Shown here in pieces: positions 20,131-32,232 of a DNA stretch of 64,000 nt (position 1 is its first letter; every line of letters begins with the position of its first letter). Location: positions 1 to 64,000 of the forward strand of contig JBEUKZ010000081.1 of the NCBI GenBank assembly GCA_048128005.1, written 5' to 3'. The position numbers and the translations under genes were made by a program. The DNA is from Veleropilina oligotropha. Its lineage: Eukaryota. The notes below the pieces were generated by a model. The model was not told the origin of the DNA and ran no database searches. It was given only the letters and a program-made list of their open reading frames with translations.

Positions 20131-22350
20131 CTTAGTCAGTGAAGAAGCTGTTCTTTAACCGATCTGCCATCTAACATTTCCATTCAGGGCTATTAGGTGA
20201 GTGCTATCTGAACTGTTTCGCAGCTGAAGCCCTCCACGACTAAACCTTGCGATTTGATATGACCTAGGAAAATTTGCGCGTATTATGATGGTCGTTAAAC
20301 CGATACGTTATACACGACACTGCACAGAAACAGAAGGATGGCAATCTAACGCCTCGGATGCTTTTCGTCTACGTATAAGTTAGATGGCAGATTGTAGGGT
20401 CTTATAAAAAAGAATGCGTGTCCGTAGGAGGAGACTACTTTTTAATAACGGTCTACAATCTGCTGTCTAACCGACTTAGAGGCTCCGTTTCATTTATCCA
20501 CACAAATTAATTCTTATTGTCAAATTTGACAAACTGTTAAATTTATCGAAACAATATTCATTACTAAATAATTTGCTTTTTTAACATTATCTTAAGAAAA
20601 TGAATATGAAGATTATTACCTGTCACCCCTATTCCGAATAATAGGCAACGTATCGCGAATAAAAAACCTGGCAGAGCGCTGTCTTCAGCAATAAGTGACG
20701 AAAAATACTGCTTTCTCATTGGACGAAAAATGAAAGGGCTTCTAAATTATATATTGCATGAATTGGTTGGTTGTTGGTTGGCAACTTCATTTTACGACCC
20801 TGCATTTCACTACTTCGTAACTAAGTAGTATTTAAGATTCGACATGTGAACTATGCCATCAATGCACCAATTCCGAAAAAGAAATCTCGTGGTATATTAA
20901 CTTTATTGCACTACTAACATGACGTAAGCATTTTCAACATCTAGTTTAACGTAAAGTGCATAGAACTATTTATTCTAGATTGTTCTTTTGTGACGCCGAA
21001 TGATAATTAATTATGTTGAATGTGACCAGAATTATTCATTGCAATTATTACGCCAACAAGATATAATGTTACTTGGCATAGTCTAGATGCAAAGTTTGAT
21101 ACAAAACTATTTCACCTGAATCTGTTCAACTGTCAGCTACCAGAAAGCATAAAGGTAAGTAGACGTTCGATATTGACCAATTTGGTACCTGCATCACAAT
21201 ATGATGATGATAAATAAGGTCAAAACAAAGAAAATGATCAGTAAAATGTATACATAGCTATTGTAATACTCCATAAAATACCGATCAAGACATAAAAATG
21301 ACACCAACATATGTCAATTACGGATCTTTTTTAATTTGTAATTGATTGTTGATGAGAGATCAAGGGGTTTCATACCAATCTATAGTGTAGGAGTCATTGA
21401 AGAAGACCGAAGAAGCACAAATCAGAATGAAGTTTCATTCGATGAACTACTTGGGAAGGTCCCTGCTTATTAACAAACAGACAACAAAAATATGTACAAT
21501 CATCGAACATGCGCATGAATAACATTATCCGGTGAATGATTCCCTGTTCATTTGATTATTTCGTAGTCGCCATTTTGGGTAATCATGTGATGACGTGGTC
21601 GAAAAGATTGATTTGATAATCTCGCCATAAACGGCAAAACTTGCTCGTTCACCGCACAAGGGCAACTTTTGTCTTCAACAGTAAAAATGCTGAATATTAT
21701 TTTTTTATCGACAATCTTCATCACCAGATCGTTGCACATTGGCGATGTTTATGCTTTCGGCCAACATTGCTCATCGCAAGCAACAAACTAAAAGTTGTCC
21801 GTGTGCGTTGGCCTTTATTCGCATATTTATTTTATTGAGATTTATCTTACAAAAGAAATATTGTTTTTACCTTATGAGACTTTCGTCTGCTCTGAACGAC
21901 AGTCTTCGTCACCAGATCTTTACACATGTTTATTATATTGATATTTATCTTATACAAGCCATATTGTTTTTAGCTTGTGAGACTTTCGTCTGCTCTGAAC
22001 AGCAGACTTCATCAGACTGACATTCGATCTCGACCGCTAGGTAAGAGCACGGTCGAGTACCCTGTGGTATAGGTGTGAGATCTCGAGCACGTAATCTATG
22101 CTGAGTTGTGATTTCTTTCGCGTGAATAGTCGAGATCTCACACATATAATCTTCAACACAGATGAGGATAAAATATTCGTGTTCTTGTGACTATCCTTCG
22201 TGCGTTGCTTTTGTTTAGATTGGAGTATAGTGGTGTCATTATTTGAGATACCAGATAGTAGAGAACTACAATCGTCCAGTCATAATATAATGCGTATACA
22301 AATAGTATACATTCATGCTCATAATTTGCAATTACACTTTACATTTGCAG

Positions 22351-23991
22351 ATGTCGAATTCTTCTTATCGGTGTAATCCACGGTCGATACCGTATATTTA
22401 TGACACTTTTCCAGCTTTAATGGCAAAGTGGGCTAAAAATCAGGGAGAAAAGGAGGCCGTTGTTATATATTATCCAGATAACAGTAGACACCGTATTACT
22501 TTTAATGAAATTTATGAAAAGGCTGGGAAAGTGGCCGCGTACTTAATACACCACGGAATAAAAGAGAATGACGTCGTAACTATTGCGATCCCCAATCGAA
22601 TATCTTGGATTGTGTGCGCGCTTGGAACTCTGATGGCGAGAGCTGTTGTCGTATCAACAGACATGGCGGATCTTGTTCACTGTGCTAACGAAACCAAATC
22701 CAGAATTATCTTTATGTATGCGGGAAGTGAGGAAACCGAAATGGCAAATGTAGACGATGTCATAAACCAATCACTAAATGAAATGCCTTCGGTTGAGTTA
22801 GTGGTCCTGACTGAATCTATACAACCTGGTATAATGGAAAGCCATTCTATGCTGGAATTGTTAGAAACAGTAACCGATAGCGATCATATGAATGTTCCAC
22901 TGCCGACGACGGATCCTGATGATATAGCTTTCCTTTTTCGCACAAGTGGTAGCTCCGGCTCACCAAAACTTATTGCTTGTAGCTACTTTCATTCTATGAA
23001 TCTGATAGGATATGGATCGTGGGAAGGTGCGGTATATTTCAACGACAGACCATTCGCCTGGGTGGCTGGCGTGCCGTATGCAACTTTTATATATGGAGCC
23101 ACCGCAGTTTCCATGGATACGAAAGATACAATATCTAATAAGGATATTTCAAATTTGTGCGAAATAATAAGCAAGGAAGAATGTACTGGAGCACTTTTTA
23201 TGAGTTACATTCTACGCGATTTGAATGATGCTCCCGACGACATTATTTGCAAAATGAAGTTGAAAACGGTTCTACTAATTGGTCAACGCATAACTACTAA
23301 GGATATTCAGGTCATTGAAAGACTGAATTGCCAAGCACTCATCCTTTATGGATCAACGGAAATAGGCGTGACGACTGGTATGATACTACCAACGCCTGAT
23401 GGTAAATACAAATATACAGATGGACTATGTGGCGATACTCTACCCGGAGTTGAGTCGAAGATTACATCCGATGGCCGTGTGTTGCCAGACGGTGTCATTG
23501 GCGATGTCTTTCAACGGCGAAGCATGCTAAACAAACGTCATTTCGTAAATGGAAAATATATAGATTTTCCTTTGGATAAAGGCTGGATGGAAACTGGAGA
23601 CTTAGGATATATGTCAGAAGACGGATTGGTAATCGTAGGGCGATCAATGGAGACAATAAAGCGTGGATCAAGGCTGATATATCCCCTCGAGGTTGAAAAG
23701 GAAATTCTACGTTGCCCGGATGTCGCAAAGGTAGCGGCAATTGATGTACCAGATGATCGGCTATATAACGAAATATGTGCTTGCGTCGTGCTCCAAGAAC
23801 ATGTCGAACTTACCCACCAGCATTTGAAAGACAAACTAGGTGCATTGTTCAGTAATGCAGCTTTCGATGGCATTGGTATAAAACCGAAGTATTACTTTGC
23901 GTTTGATGAACTGCCTGTGAATAAAAATGGTAAACTAGACCGAAAAAGGCTGCGATCATTGGCTTGCTCCATGATTGAAAAGAGTTTATAA
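22351..23991 (+). CDS. Acyl-CoA synthetase (ANL superfamily), copy 2
   Basis: Same motifs, intact; predicted upstream intron 21155-22350. Confidence 0.9.
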   Translation: MSNSSYRCNPRSIPYIYDTFPALMAKWAKNQGEKEAVVIYYPDNSRHRITFNEIYEKAGKVAAYLIHHGIKENDVVTIAIPNRISWIVCALGTLMARAVVVSTDMADLVHCANETKSRIIFMYAGSEETEMANVDDVINQSLNEMPSVELVVLTESIQPGIMESHSMLELLETVTDSDHMNVPLPTTDPDDIAFLFRTSGSSGSPKLIACSYFHSMNLIGYGSWEGAVYFNDRPFAWVAGVPYATFIYGATAVSMDTKDTISNKDISNLCEIISKEECTGALFMSYILRDLNDAPDDIICKMKLKTVLLIGQRITTKDIQVIERLNCQALILYGSTEIGVTTGMILPTPDGKYKYTDGLCGDTLPGVESKITSDGRVLPDGVIGDVFQRRSMLNKRHFVNGKYIDFPLDKGWMETGDLGYMSEDGLVIVGRSMETIKRGSRLIYPLEVEKEILRCPDVAKVAAIDVPDDRLYNEICACVVLQEHVELTHQHLKDKLGALFSNAAFDGIGIKPKYYFAFDELPVNKNGKLDRKRLRSLACSMIEKSL

Positions 23992-25249
23992 ATAATTAAT
24001 AGACATTAATTAATAAATCATATTTGGATCGGGGTTTCTATAGTAATCGGAGGACGAATAATTAAACATTTATCCTGGATGTTAATTTAGTAATAAGCGA
24101 ATACATGCATATGTAAATCACTATTACCTCTTCGTGGTAGAAATCGTCACCACAATGGCGGCCTGGCGATGAATGACATTGTTTTAGTCTCAAAATCACT
24201 TTAATTGGTTTCGCGGCATTTTAAAACTATTTAAGCACCGGTATGGTGCTTAAATTTGGAAAACTGTTTATTTTCACTGTAATAATCATAGGAACTTAGA
24301 AATATATATATATATAAATGTATAATTATGATTTTGATGTTATAAATAATATGTTTTGAAGACCGTGTCACCATTTCTGATCAATCGTAGTAATTAACAA
24401 GACCGATTCGCTCGAAATATGTCTCTATATCTATATACCGATCGATATCTCCACACTCTCTAACTCGCTAAAAAGACTTCAAATATTTTTTCATTCAAAA
24501 TGTAAATATCATGAAATTAAGCATGCGCAGTATCCACAGGCCACACGAGCCGTATTCAGCTATGATTATAGGATGCTTAATCCAATAGAATTACTTCGAA
24601 TATTGAGAAGTCATGACTATGACAGTGGAACTCTTTTGTTGATGCCAGGCTGCTCCTCTGGTGCAGGTCGACCATGGGCGGGCCAAAGTGCTCGGTCCAT
24701 CGTGTTAATTGATCATGCACAGAGGTAAGGGTGTTGCCTAACGTATTCTTGATTGATTTGTCGGTTTGCTGATATTTCTCAGCCAACTTCTATGTAGCTC
24801 AACCAGTATATTTACTTAACTTCCCGGAGCATTATTGAATATGTGACATTTACCTTTCTGAAGCTGTTCTTTAACCGATCTGCCATCTAACATTTCCATT
24901 CAGGGCTATTAGGTGAGTGGTATCTTAACTGTTTCGCAGCTGAAGCCCTCCACGACCTTGATATCCGTCTCCCATTAACATGGCGGCTAAAATTCTAAAT
25001 AGCGGCTTTATCACATTTGATTTTTGTGTGTTTGCTCTTTCCGATATATTCTGTTCAGTTTTCAACGAATACATGCTTGAAACATTTTGACACCAAGATG
25101 TACCTTACTTTTGTCCAAATTAATTATTGTAAAATTGTAAAAATGTCGGTTAAAATTAAAAATGCGGTTTCACACTATAGTAATTGGGCTTCAATTAGTA
25201 AAAAAAAATAGTTCATTTTTTGCAATTTTTTGAGATTATGATTATGGCC

Positions 25250-26150
25250 TGATATGATCTAGATGTTTTATAATCTGCCGGCAGACAAGCTCAACTGTCC
25301 CTCTGGCGGCCATATTGGAAAAAAATCCAATATGTCCGCCATCCGAAGAAAGGAATACCATTTAAGAACTTTATGTCTATACCTCATCGATTAGTAAATA
25401 ATACGTCCATTTTGGGGTTTACAAGCATGAAGAAGTCGATTATGACATTATTTATTCAACAAGGTCAAATCCCTATTTCAAGGTCAAACATAAATTAATA
25501 AATAATATCTCCAATTTAGGGTTTTCACGTATGTGGAAATCGATAATGACATTAATATCGCTTTTCCAGATTAAGGTCAAATCCAAATCACCATTTCAAG
25601 ATCGAAAATTGCATATAAACGCGCAATATGTCCGCAACCCGAAACACCGAACACTATAACTTTTAGCCTAAATATCATAGATTAATAAATAATACATCCA
25701 TTTTAGGGTTTTCAAGAATGAGGAAGTCGATTACGACATTATTTTCTCGATTCCTGGTTAAAGTCAAGGTCAAATCACCATTTCAATGTCAAAAAATGTT
25801 TTATAATCGCGCAATATGGCTGCCACCCGAAAGACGAAACAACATAGCTTTAATCTAAACAACGTAGATTAATAAATAATACCTTCATAATGGTGCTTTT
25901 ATTGATGACGACGTCGATCATGGTATATCATATACGTGATTACAGGTTAAGCTCAAGGTCAAATCACCCTTTCAAGGTAAAAATGGTATAAAACGCAAAA
26001 TATGGTTGTCACCCGAAAGACGGAATACCATAACTTTTAAGCTAAGCAGCATAGATTAATAAATAATACCTCCATTCTGGGGTTTTCCAGGATGAGGCAG
26101 TCGATTATTTTAGCAACGAGATTGTCATATTATCATTTCAAGGTTAACAA
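25250..26150. repeat. Degenerate ~150-bp tandem units rich in AAGGTCAAA (inverted copy at about 33860-34760)
   Basis: Recurrent ATAGATTAATAAATAATAC, GGGTTTT and AAGGTCAAATCACC blocks. Confidence 0.55.
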
Positions 26151-26447
26151 GAACGACGCGTTCGGAATATGTCTTGACCGTTTCATTATTGTAGTTATTT
26201 CCAGAACAATAAGAATGTGCTAATTGTGATCAAAATTTTAAAGATTACATTTCGGAAAAGATTTAAGCCTATAACTCTGATTGCTTCTGGAACAAAACAG
26301 TTTCAGATTTAGTTGTCAGAAGGAGAATGCTATCCAGTGTGATATGTCCCACACAGTGTCGTTACGATCAACATATGGAGTCAGCTGGCTGTTCAGGAAA
26401 ACGAACGTCGCTACATCAGGTTGGCGCACCATTTGAATCACAGCCGG

Positions 26448-27619
26448 TGTAATAGGCTATATTCACCTTCCATCAATCTATACCCGGGTAGAGTCTGGTC
26501 TGGGCCAAACTATACCCCGGGGTTGAAAATAACACAGACTGGTTTATACCCCGGGATATTGTTTGGCCTTGACCGGACTATACCCCCCTAGTCCAAATAA
26601 TACCTACTTGTGTTTTTAATAAATTAGTCTGTATTTCCAAATAATAATTAAAAAAATAACTTGTCCCTGCAACATAGAAGATCAGGATCAGTCACGCTTT
26701 TATCAATCCATGTATAGTCAACGTAAGTACGAAGGGATCGATAAATCCCGTCACTTTATTTCCTCTTTAAATAAAAGCTATTTGACATTGACATTATATA
26801 AAATACTAACCAGAACCACACAGTGCGGGAGCCCGGAGCGGAGCTTGAGGACCTGCTCAGCGAGCGGTAGCGAGCGCGGCCGACGGAGGCGGGCCGGAGG
26901 CCGCCGAATGATGCGGCGGTAGCCGCAGACTAGTTACGCAGTCCTCCTTGGCATTATTTAAATGATGGAAGTGAATTTGTAGACGTTTCGTCGAATATGA
27001 ATTGTAACTTATTGGCGCATCCTTCCCTATAAGTCTTGCCTAAATTATAGTAATACAAATGAATGCCCGATCAGGGCTTGAAGCCGCGTCATGGGCAAAT
27101 ATATAAGACATGGAGGTTTTAGTAGTTTGCGCGTCTTTTAAAGTTCCTTTATTGATTTTTTTTATTCGACGAAACGGTTCGACGAAACGGTCATTCGACG
27201 AAACGTCTGCTGAAAAATTCGACGATGCTAATCTGTAGATCTGGACTGCGATATCGGTGAAATACATTTATCGGTAAGTCATTATTGTGTCATTTTCTGA
27301 TGTGCACAGTACTGCGTTCGAACCCCGTATCGACGTTTTCTTTGGGCAAGGACATAAGCCACAATTGCTCGTCTGATCTGATAGAGATGTTAAACCGTGG
27401 ATTCCGACTGCGATATCAGTGAAATACTCTGAAAGTGGTCGTAAAATCTCTGATTCTAGATGGTATATTCTGGCCTGGGGAGGTATGTAACAGGCTAGCC
27501 TGTATAACACTCCGGGGTATAAAGTGGACTAGCTCAGAATATACCCAAGTATATTCTGAGCTAGTCCACTCTAACCCCGGGTTATAGTCCGGGCAGGGGG
27601 TATACTCGAAGCTGTTACA
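26448..27619. mobile_element. Non-autonomous Ginger1-like DNA transposon
   Basis: TGTAA...TTACA termini, CCGG duplicated on both sides, empty site with a single CCGG in the other arm at about 33546, subterminal TATACCCCGG repeats. Confidence 0.7.
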
Positions 27620-28926
27620 CCGGCATGTCTATGACCATCACTGTTATGTCACACGATCAACAACATATACGCTCTTGTTGGGGCGCCTTGACACTTCTGA
27701 GCCCATGATCTCAGCGTCTCACGGTAAAGAAGAGAGGATGGCTCACGCTGATTCTCAAATCTGAGTTCATGATCAGTTTTCATAAATGTGTTGCCACTCT
27801 CTCTAGGCACATCCACGAAGGTCATAGCGTCAGCGATAAATCATGTTTGGAGACCGGGCGAATCCGCGTGATGAGCGACGGATGAGTCGCACATGTTCAG
27901 TATACTCTAAAGCTGACCAATAAGGCCCACAAAATAAGGCCCATAAATGTCTTACAAACCACCACCACCTGCATATAGGATTTTATTGCTTTGCTCGTAG
28001 GATTGGTTTTGACAATTAGCGAGAACTTGTGCCATGATCGCTGGAAGATGAAATTTCCTTCTTAAACTCCTTGTACACACTAGGGTGTTTGTCAGGCAGT
28101 TCGGCCAAATCATTTACGGGGATTGGTCGGATTTCCTCTCGCGATAATATGGATTTGTTCTGCTTTGAACCTAATACAGGACAACAAGAATCGATATTGT
28201 CCTTTGAGTGAAGTAGTTTTGGCTACTTTGGTTTTCGGCCGAATTGGTTGTATACGCCAATAATATTACTTTGACGTCAAGTGACAGGTCATTTGACCAA
28301 CTCACAACGTCCATCAAGTGTCATAATATGTCTAAACACATATGCTACTGATATGCCAAGTTTGGTTTACATACCTTAATGGTGCCACGTATATGACACA
28401 CTGTGTATGACAATGCCAAATGTTTTACTAACAAAATGATTTATATGCGGTATACCGTGGTACAAACCGCGGTATAGAGGTAAAACCCACCGTATACCGC
28501 GTTACTCAAATTCCCGCGGTACACAACTCTACTCTCAATAAACTTAATTTTATCTTTCTAGGTTGACCGAGTCCAGAGATATGTCTATTTATATATTTTA
28601 CACTTATTTGACTTTGGTGACCATGACCTTTGACCTCATAAATCAATCAGTAGTTAGATATCCCCTCATATATCATATATAAGAAGTTTCGTGGCTATAT
28701 GTTTTGAATTGACCATGTTGTGCCATGTAAAGTCATCGTGGACATACACCACCACACAGACAGACAGACAGACACACAGACAGACGCACAGACAGCCTCA
28801 ATACAATAGTTTCTCCGTCAACGGCTCAACTAATTAAACCTGTCACACCTATTCCTCATAATTGGTTGGGTATCGCAAACAAAAGAATGACAGACTACCG
28901 TCTTCGGCAATAAATGACGAGAATAC

Positions 28927-29279
28927 GTATAGGTTACTAACCGAGTTGGAGGTATTCATCGATTTGAAAGACCTGCGCCCGTGCCGATCGTGACACCGAG
29001 ACCGCGGAGCGGTCGAGGTGTTACAGCACGGAAGCAGGTCTTTCAAATAGATGAATACCGACTAACGAGGTTTGTAACCGACTTACACAACGGCCAATTA
29101 TAGCTCCTTTGTTGTCAATTTAGCTTGTGATCAGCTTTAGCCGTCTTGCACGGACGCAGGTCGGTATAGAGTGAAAAGTAGGTTGGTATGGCTATACCAC
29201 CCTACTTTTGAATCGTCATTGAAAACAAGGTGTTCACGCTGAATACCAACCTCTTCAAAACAAAAGAGCCGTTGTGTAA
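28927..29279 (-). mobile_element. ~350-bp palindromic non-autonomous element (Crypton-like?)
   Basis: Reverse complement of 55672-56019; internal hairpin; no clear TSD. Confidence 0.55.
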
Positions 29280-29317
29280 GGCTTTCTTATTGGCCGAGAA
29301 ACGAAATGAGCTTCTAA

Positions 29318-31192
29318 AGCTGGTTTACACGAGCCAATTTGTCGTCCAACTAATCGGCCAACTAGTTGGCTCCAACTCTGGTGTTCTAATGAGCAGACTT
29401 TTGGTAGGGAGACCTTTACCTGGCAACGTTCACCTGTCAAATGATATCAGAGAGCTGTTTATTCAAAACGAGGTAATTACAGTCTCGCACATTTAATTAA
29501 TCTGCGGAACATCCCGGAAGTAGAACTTCCCGTGCTGCCTAATCTCTATAAAACTATGTCAAACCTATTTTGCGGCAGTGGACATTTAATATCTCTTCCG
29601 AGCGGACAAGATTTTGAGCGTGTGAATTTATTTTAAGTTAATTTCCAACTTTTTATTTATTATCGTGACGTCACAGTATATAGAATGTGATTTTGTATAA
29701 AAGATATATTTTTTGACCAATTGTTTAGAAGGTCAAATATTTTAATACTAATTATAGATCATTTTGAATTGGTTTTTTCGCCGTCAAAGGATCCATCTCA
29801 TTCATTTAGTTATTATTTAACATTTTGTAACATCAAAAATGCGGATTGCGGATTAGTGCGGAAATTTTCGTAATTAAAGCGACTTATTGTGTTGTACATA
29901 GAATTATTTTCCGTAGCTCACAATTTTTAACGATTCAACCTTTTCATATAACCCTGACATGACGTCATCAGACTGGCACTTCCGTTACCAGTCATAAACA
30001 GCGAACGTAGTCGACAAGTGTGTGGTAAGAAATGAGGTCTAACTCTATTTTAACGTATGGGTGAGTGATTAATTATAGTAATATATCTTCCATATGGTGA
30101 CTGTTTTCATCACGACACATCACCATCGTGTTGATGGTGAAATTAGTACGATTTTTATGTGCCATGGGTGTCCCTACTTTGGGTACAACTTGTCGTTCGT
30201 CTTGTCACGAGAGATTCGATACATTTATTACTATATTTTATATTTTATTTCTCGATATGATAATATCTAATCCAGCATAACTTTATGCAAAGAATACACA
30301 CAAAAAGAGCTGGCGTCAAATCCCATTTACTGGACTAAAGTGGAATCAGCATATTTAAGAAAGCGGAACGTGCAATATGGCGCTGTCCATCTGTTTATTT
30401 ATTAACATGTTCTTGTGACGTTAACAACTCTTACAGTATTCGAGATTTAATGTAATTTTAACTTAATGTAACTTTGAAGGCATGCTTGGAATGGCCTCTA
30501 GATGCGTATATTGTATAATCGTAGTTTCTTTGTATAATTGCGTTCATGTTCCATTAAGCTAACAGTTTTCACTTAAATTTATTATGAATACTTTACTGAC
30601 CTAAAATGTCGCGAATGTATGTGGCTACGCTCGGTGGTCTTGCTATATTAAATAATTTGTAAAAATGAATACTAGTATATTTTATTTTTTAAATAATATA
30701 TTTATGAGAAGAAAAGACATATCGACAATTTTGATGAGCAGTGATAATATCGGAAGGAGAATGATATTATTTAATATGTACTTGTATGGGCATTCATCCC
30801 CAATCCATCCAATGTTCTGGAACGGGTATTACGTGAAGAAAAATAATATTTCCATTGAATATCCCACAAACAGGATTGTTCTCGATACAACATAATTAAC
30901 GTATCTATCTGTTGTTTGTTCCAAGTTAATTCATTTTTAATGGAAGCCCAAAAGAACCACACTTTTGGATTATATGTCACTTAAATAATCTTTGGCTTTC
31001 TATTGGACAATGGCCAAAAAGTTGGGCCGATATCGTCCAGAAAAAGTGACTATCCCTATTTCTGAACGGCATCGTGCAAGTCAAAAAGTTGTGTCATGTG
31101 GGCTGTTTAGACGGGCAGATTCGCACCTCAACTTGTCTGCCAACTAGTTGGAAGATTAGTTTGACGACAAATTGGCTCGTGTAAAACCAGCT
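29318..31192 (+). mobile_element. Harbinger-type MITE M2 (contains a nested TAGGG element)
   Basis: TIRs AGCTGGTTT(T)ACACGAGCCAATTTGTCGTC; flanked by TAA and TTA. Confidence 0.8.
29405..30176. mobile_element. ~770-bp TAGGG...CCCTA TIR element (hAT/P-like MITE)
   Basis: TIR TAGGGA(G/C)ACC; TSD CTTTTGG/CTTTGGG; empty site at about 51358. Confidence 0.7.
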
Positions 31193-31195
31193 TTA

Positions 31196-32232
31196 AGCTG
31201 GTTTTACACGATCCAATTTGTCGTCCAACTAGTTGGCCGACAAGTTGAGGTGCGAATTTGCCCGTCTAAACAGGCCACGCGACACTACTTTTTGACTTGC
31301 ACGATGTCGTTCAGAAATAGGGACAGTCTCTACTTCTGGACGATAATTCACGTGACATATTATCCAAAGGTGTGGTTCTTTTGCAGAGAATAAAGCATCT
31401 CTTCCAATAAAAATGAATTAGCTTGGAATAAGCAACAGGTAGATACGGTAATTATGTTGATAGCAACCATGTAACCCTGTTTGTGACATAACCACAAAAA
31501 AGATGTCAGAAATAAATCAGAGGACTAGATGCAAACGGTACGTTTTGATAAATAGTTACCATCATTATTCTTCTTCCTCTCGTAATACCCGTTTCAGAAC
31601 ATTGGAACGGGTGGGGTGGGAATGAATGTCCATACAAGTACATGTTAAATAATAACCCTCTCATTTCAAAATTATCACTGCCCATCAAAATTGTCTATAT
31701 GTCTTTCTTCTCATAAAGATACAATTATTTAAAAATAAATATATGCATTATTACAAATTATTTAATATGGTAAAACCACCGAGCGGGATCACAAACACTC
31801 GCCGCATTTACTGTCAGTAAAGTATTCACAATAAATTTAATTGAAAAGAACTAGTTTAATGGAACATGAACGCAATTACAAAGTAACTACGATTATACAA
31901 TATACACATCTAGAGGTCATTCCAAGCATGCGTTCAAAGTTACAATAAATAAAATTACATTAAATATCGAAAACTGTAATTAAGAGTTGACAACGTCACA
32001 AGGACATGTTAATGAATCAACAGAGGGACAGTGCCATATTGCACGGCCCGCTTTTTTTAATATGCTGGATTAGAGAGCATCATATCCAGAAATAAAATAT
32101 AAGATATAGTAATAAATGTTTCGAATCTCTCGTGACAAGACGTACGACAAGTTGTACCAAAAGTCTGCTCATTAGAACACCCGAGTTGGAGCCAACTAGT
32201 TGGACGACAAATTGGATCGTGTAAAATCAGCT
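31196..32232 (-). mobile_element. Diverged relative of the same MITE (M2b), inserted immediately beside M2
   Basis: TTA|AGCTGG...CAGCT|TTA with matching 3-bp TSD; interior is a diverged reverse complement of M2. Confidence 0.75.

Larger units (their letters stand above)
12661..24956 (+). repeat. Direct tandem duplication of a ~4.7-kb gene unit (12661-20240 including a LINE insert; 20241-24956)
   Basis: Junction CCCTCCACGAC|TAAACCTTGCG at 20240/20241; the units align along their length apart from the LINE. Confidence 0.9.
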
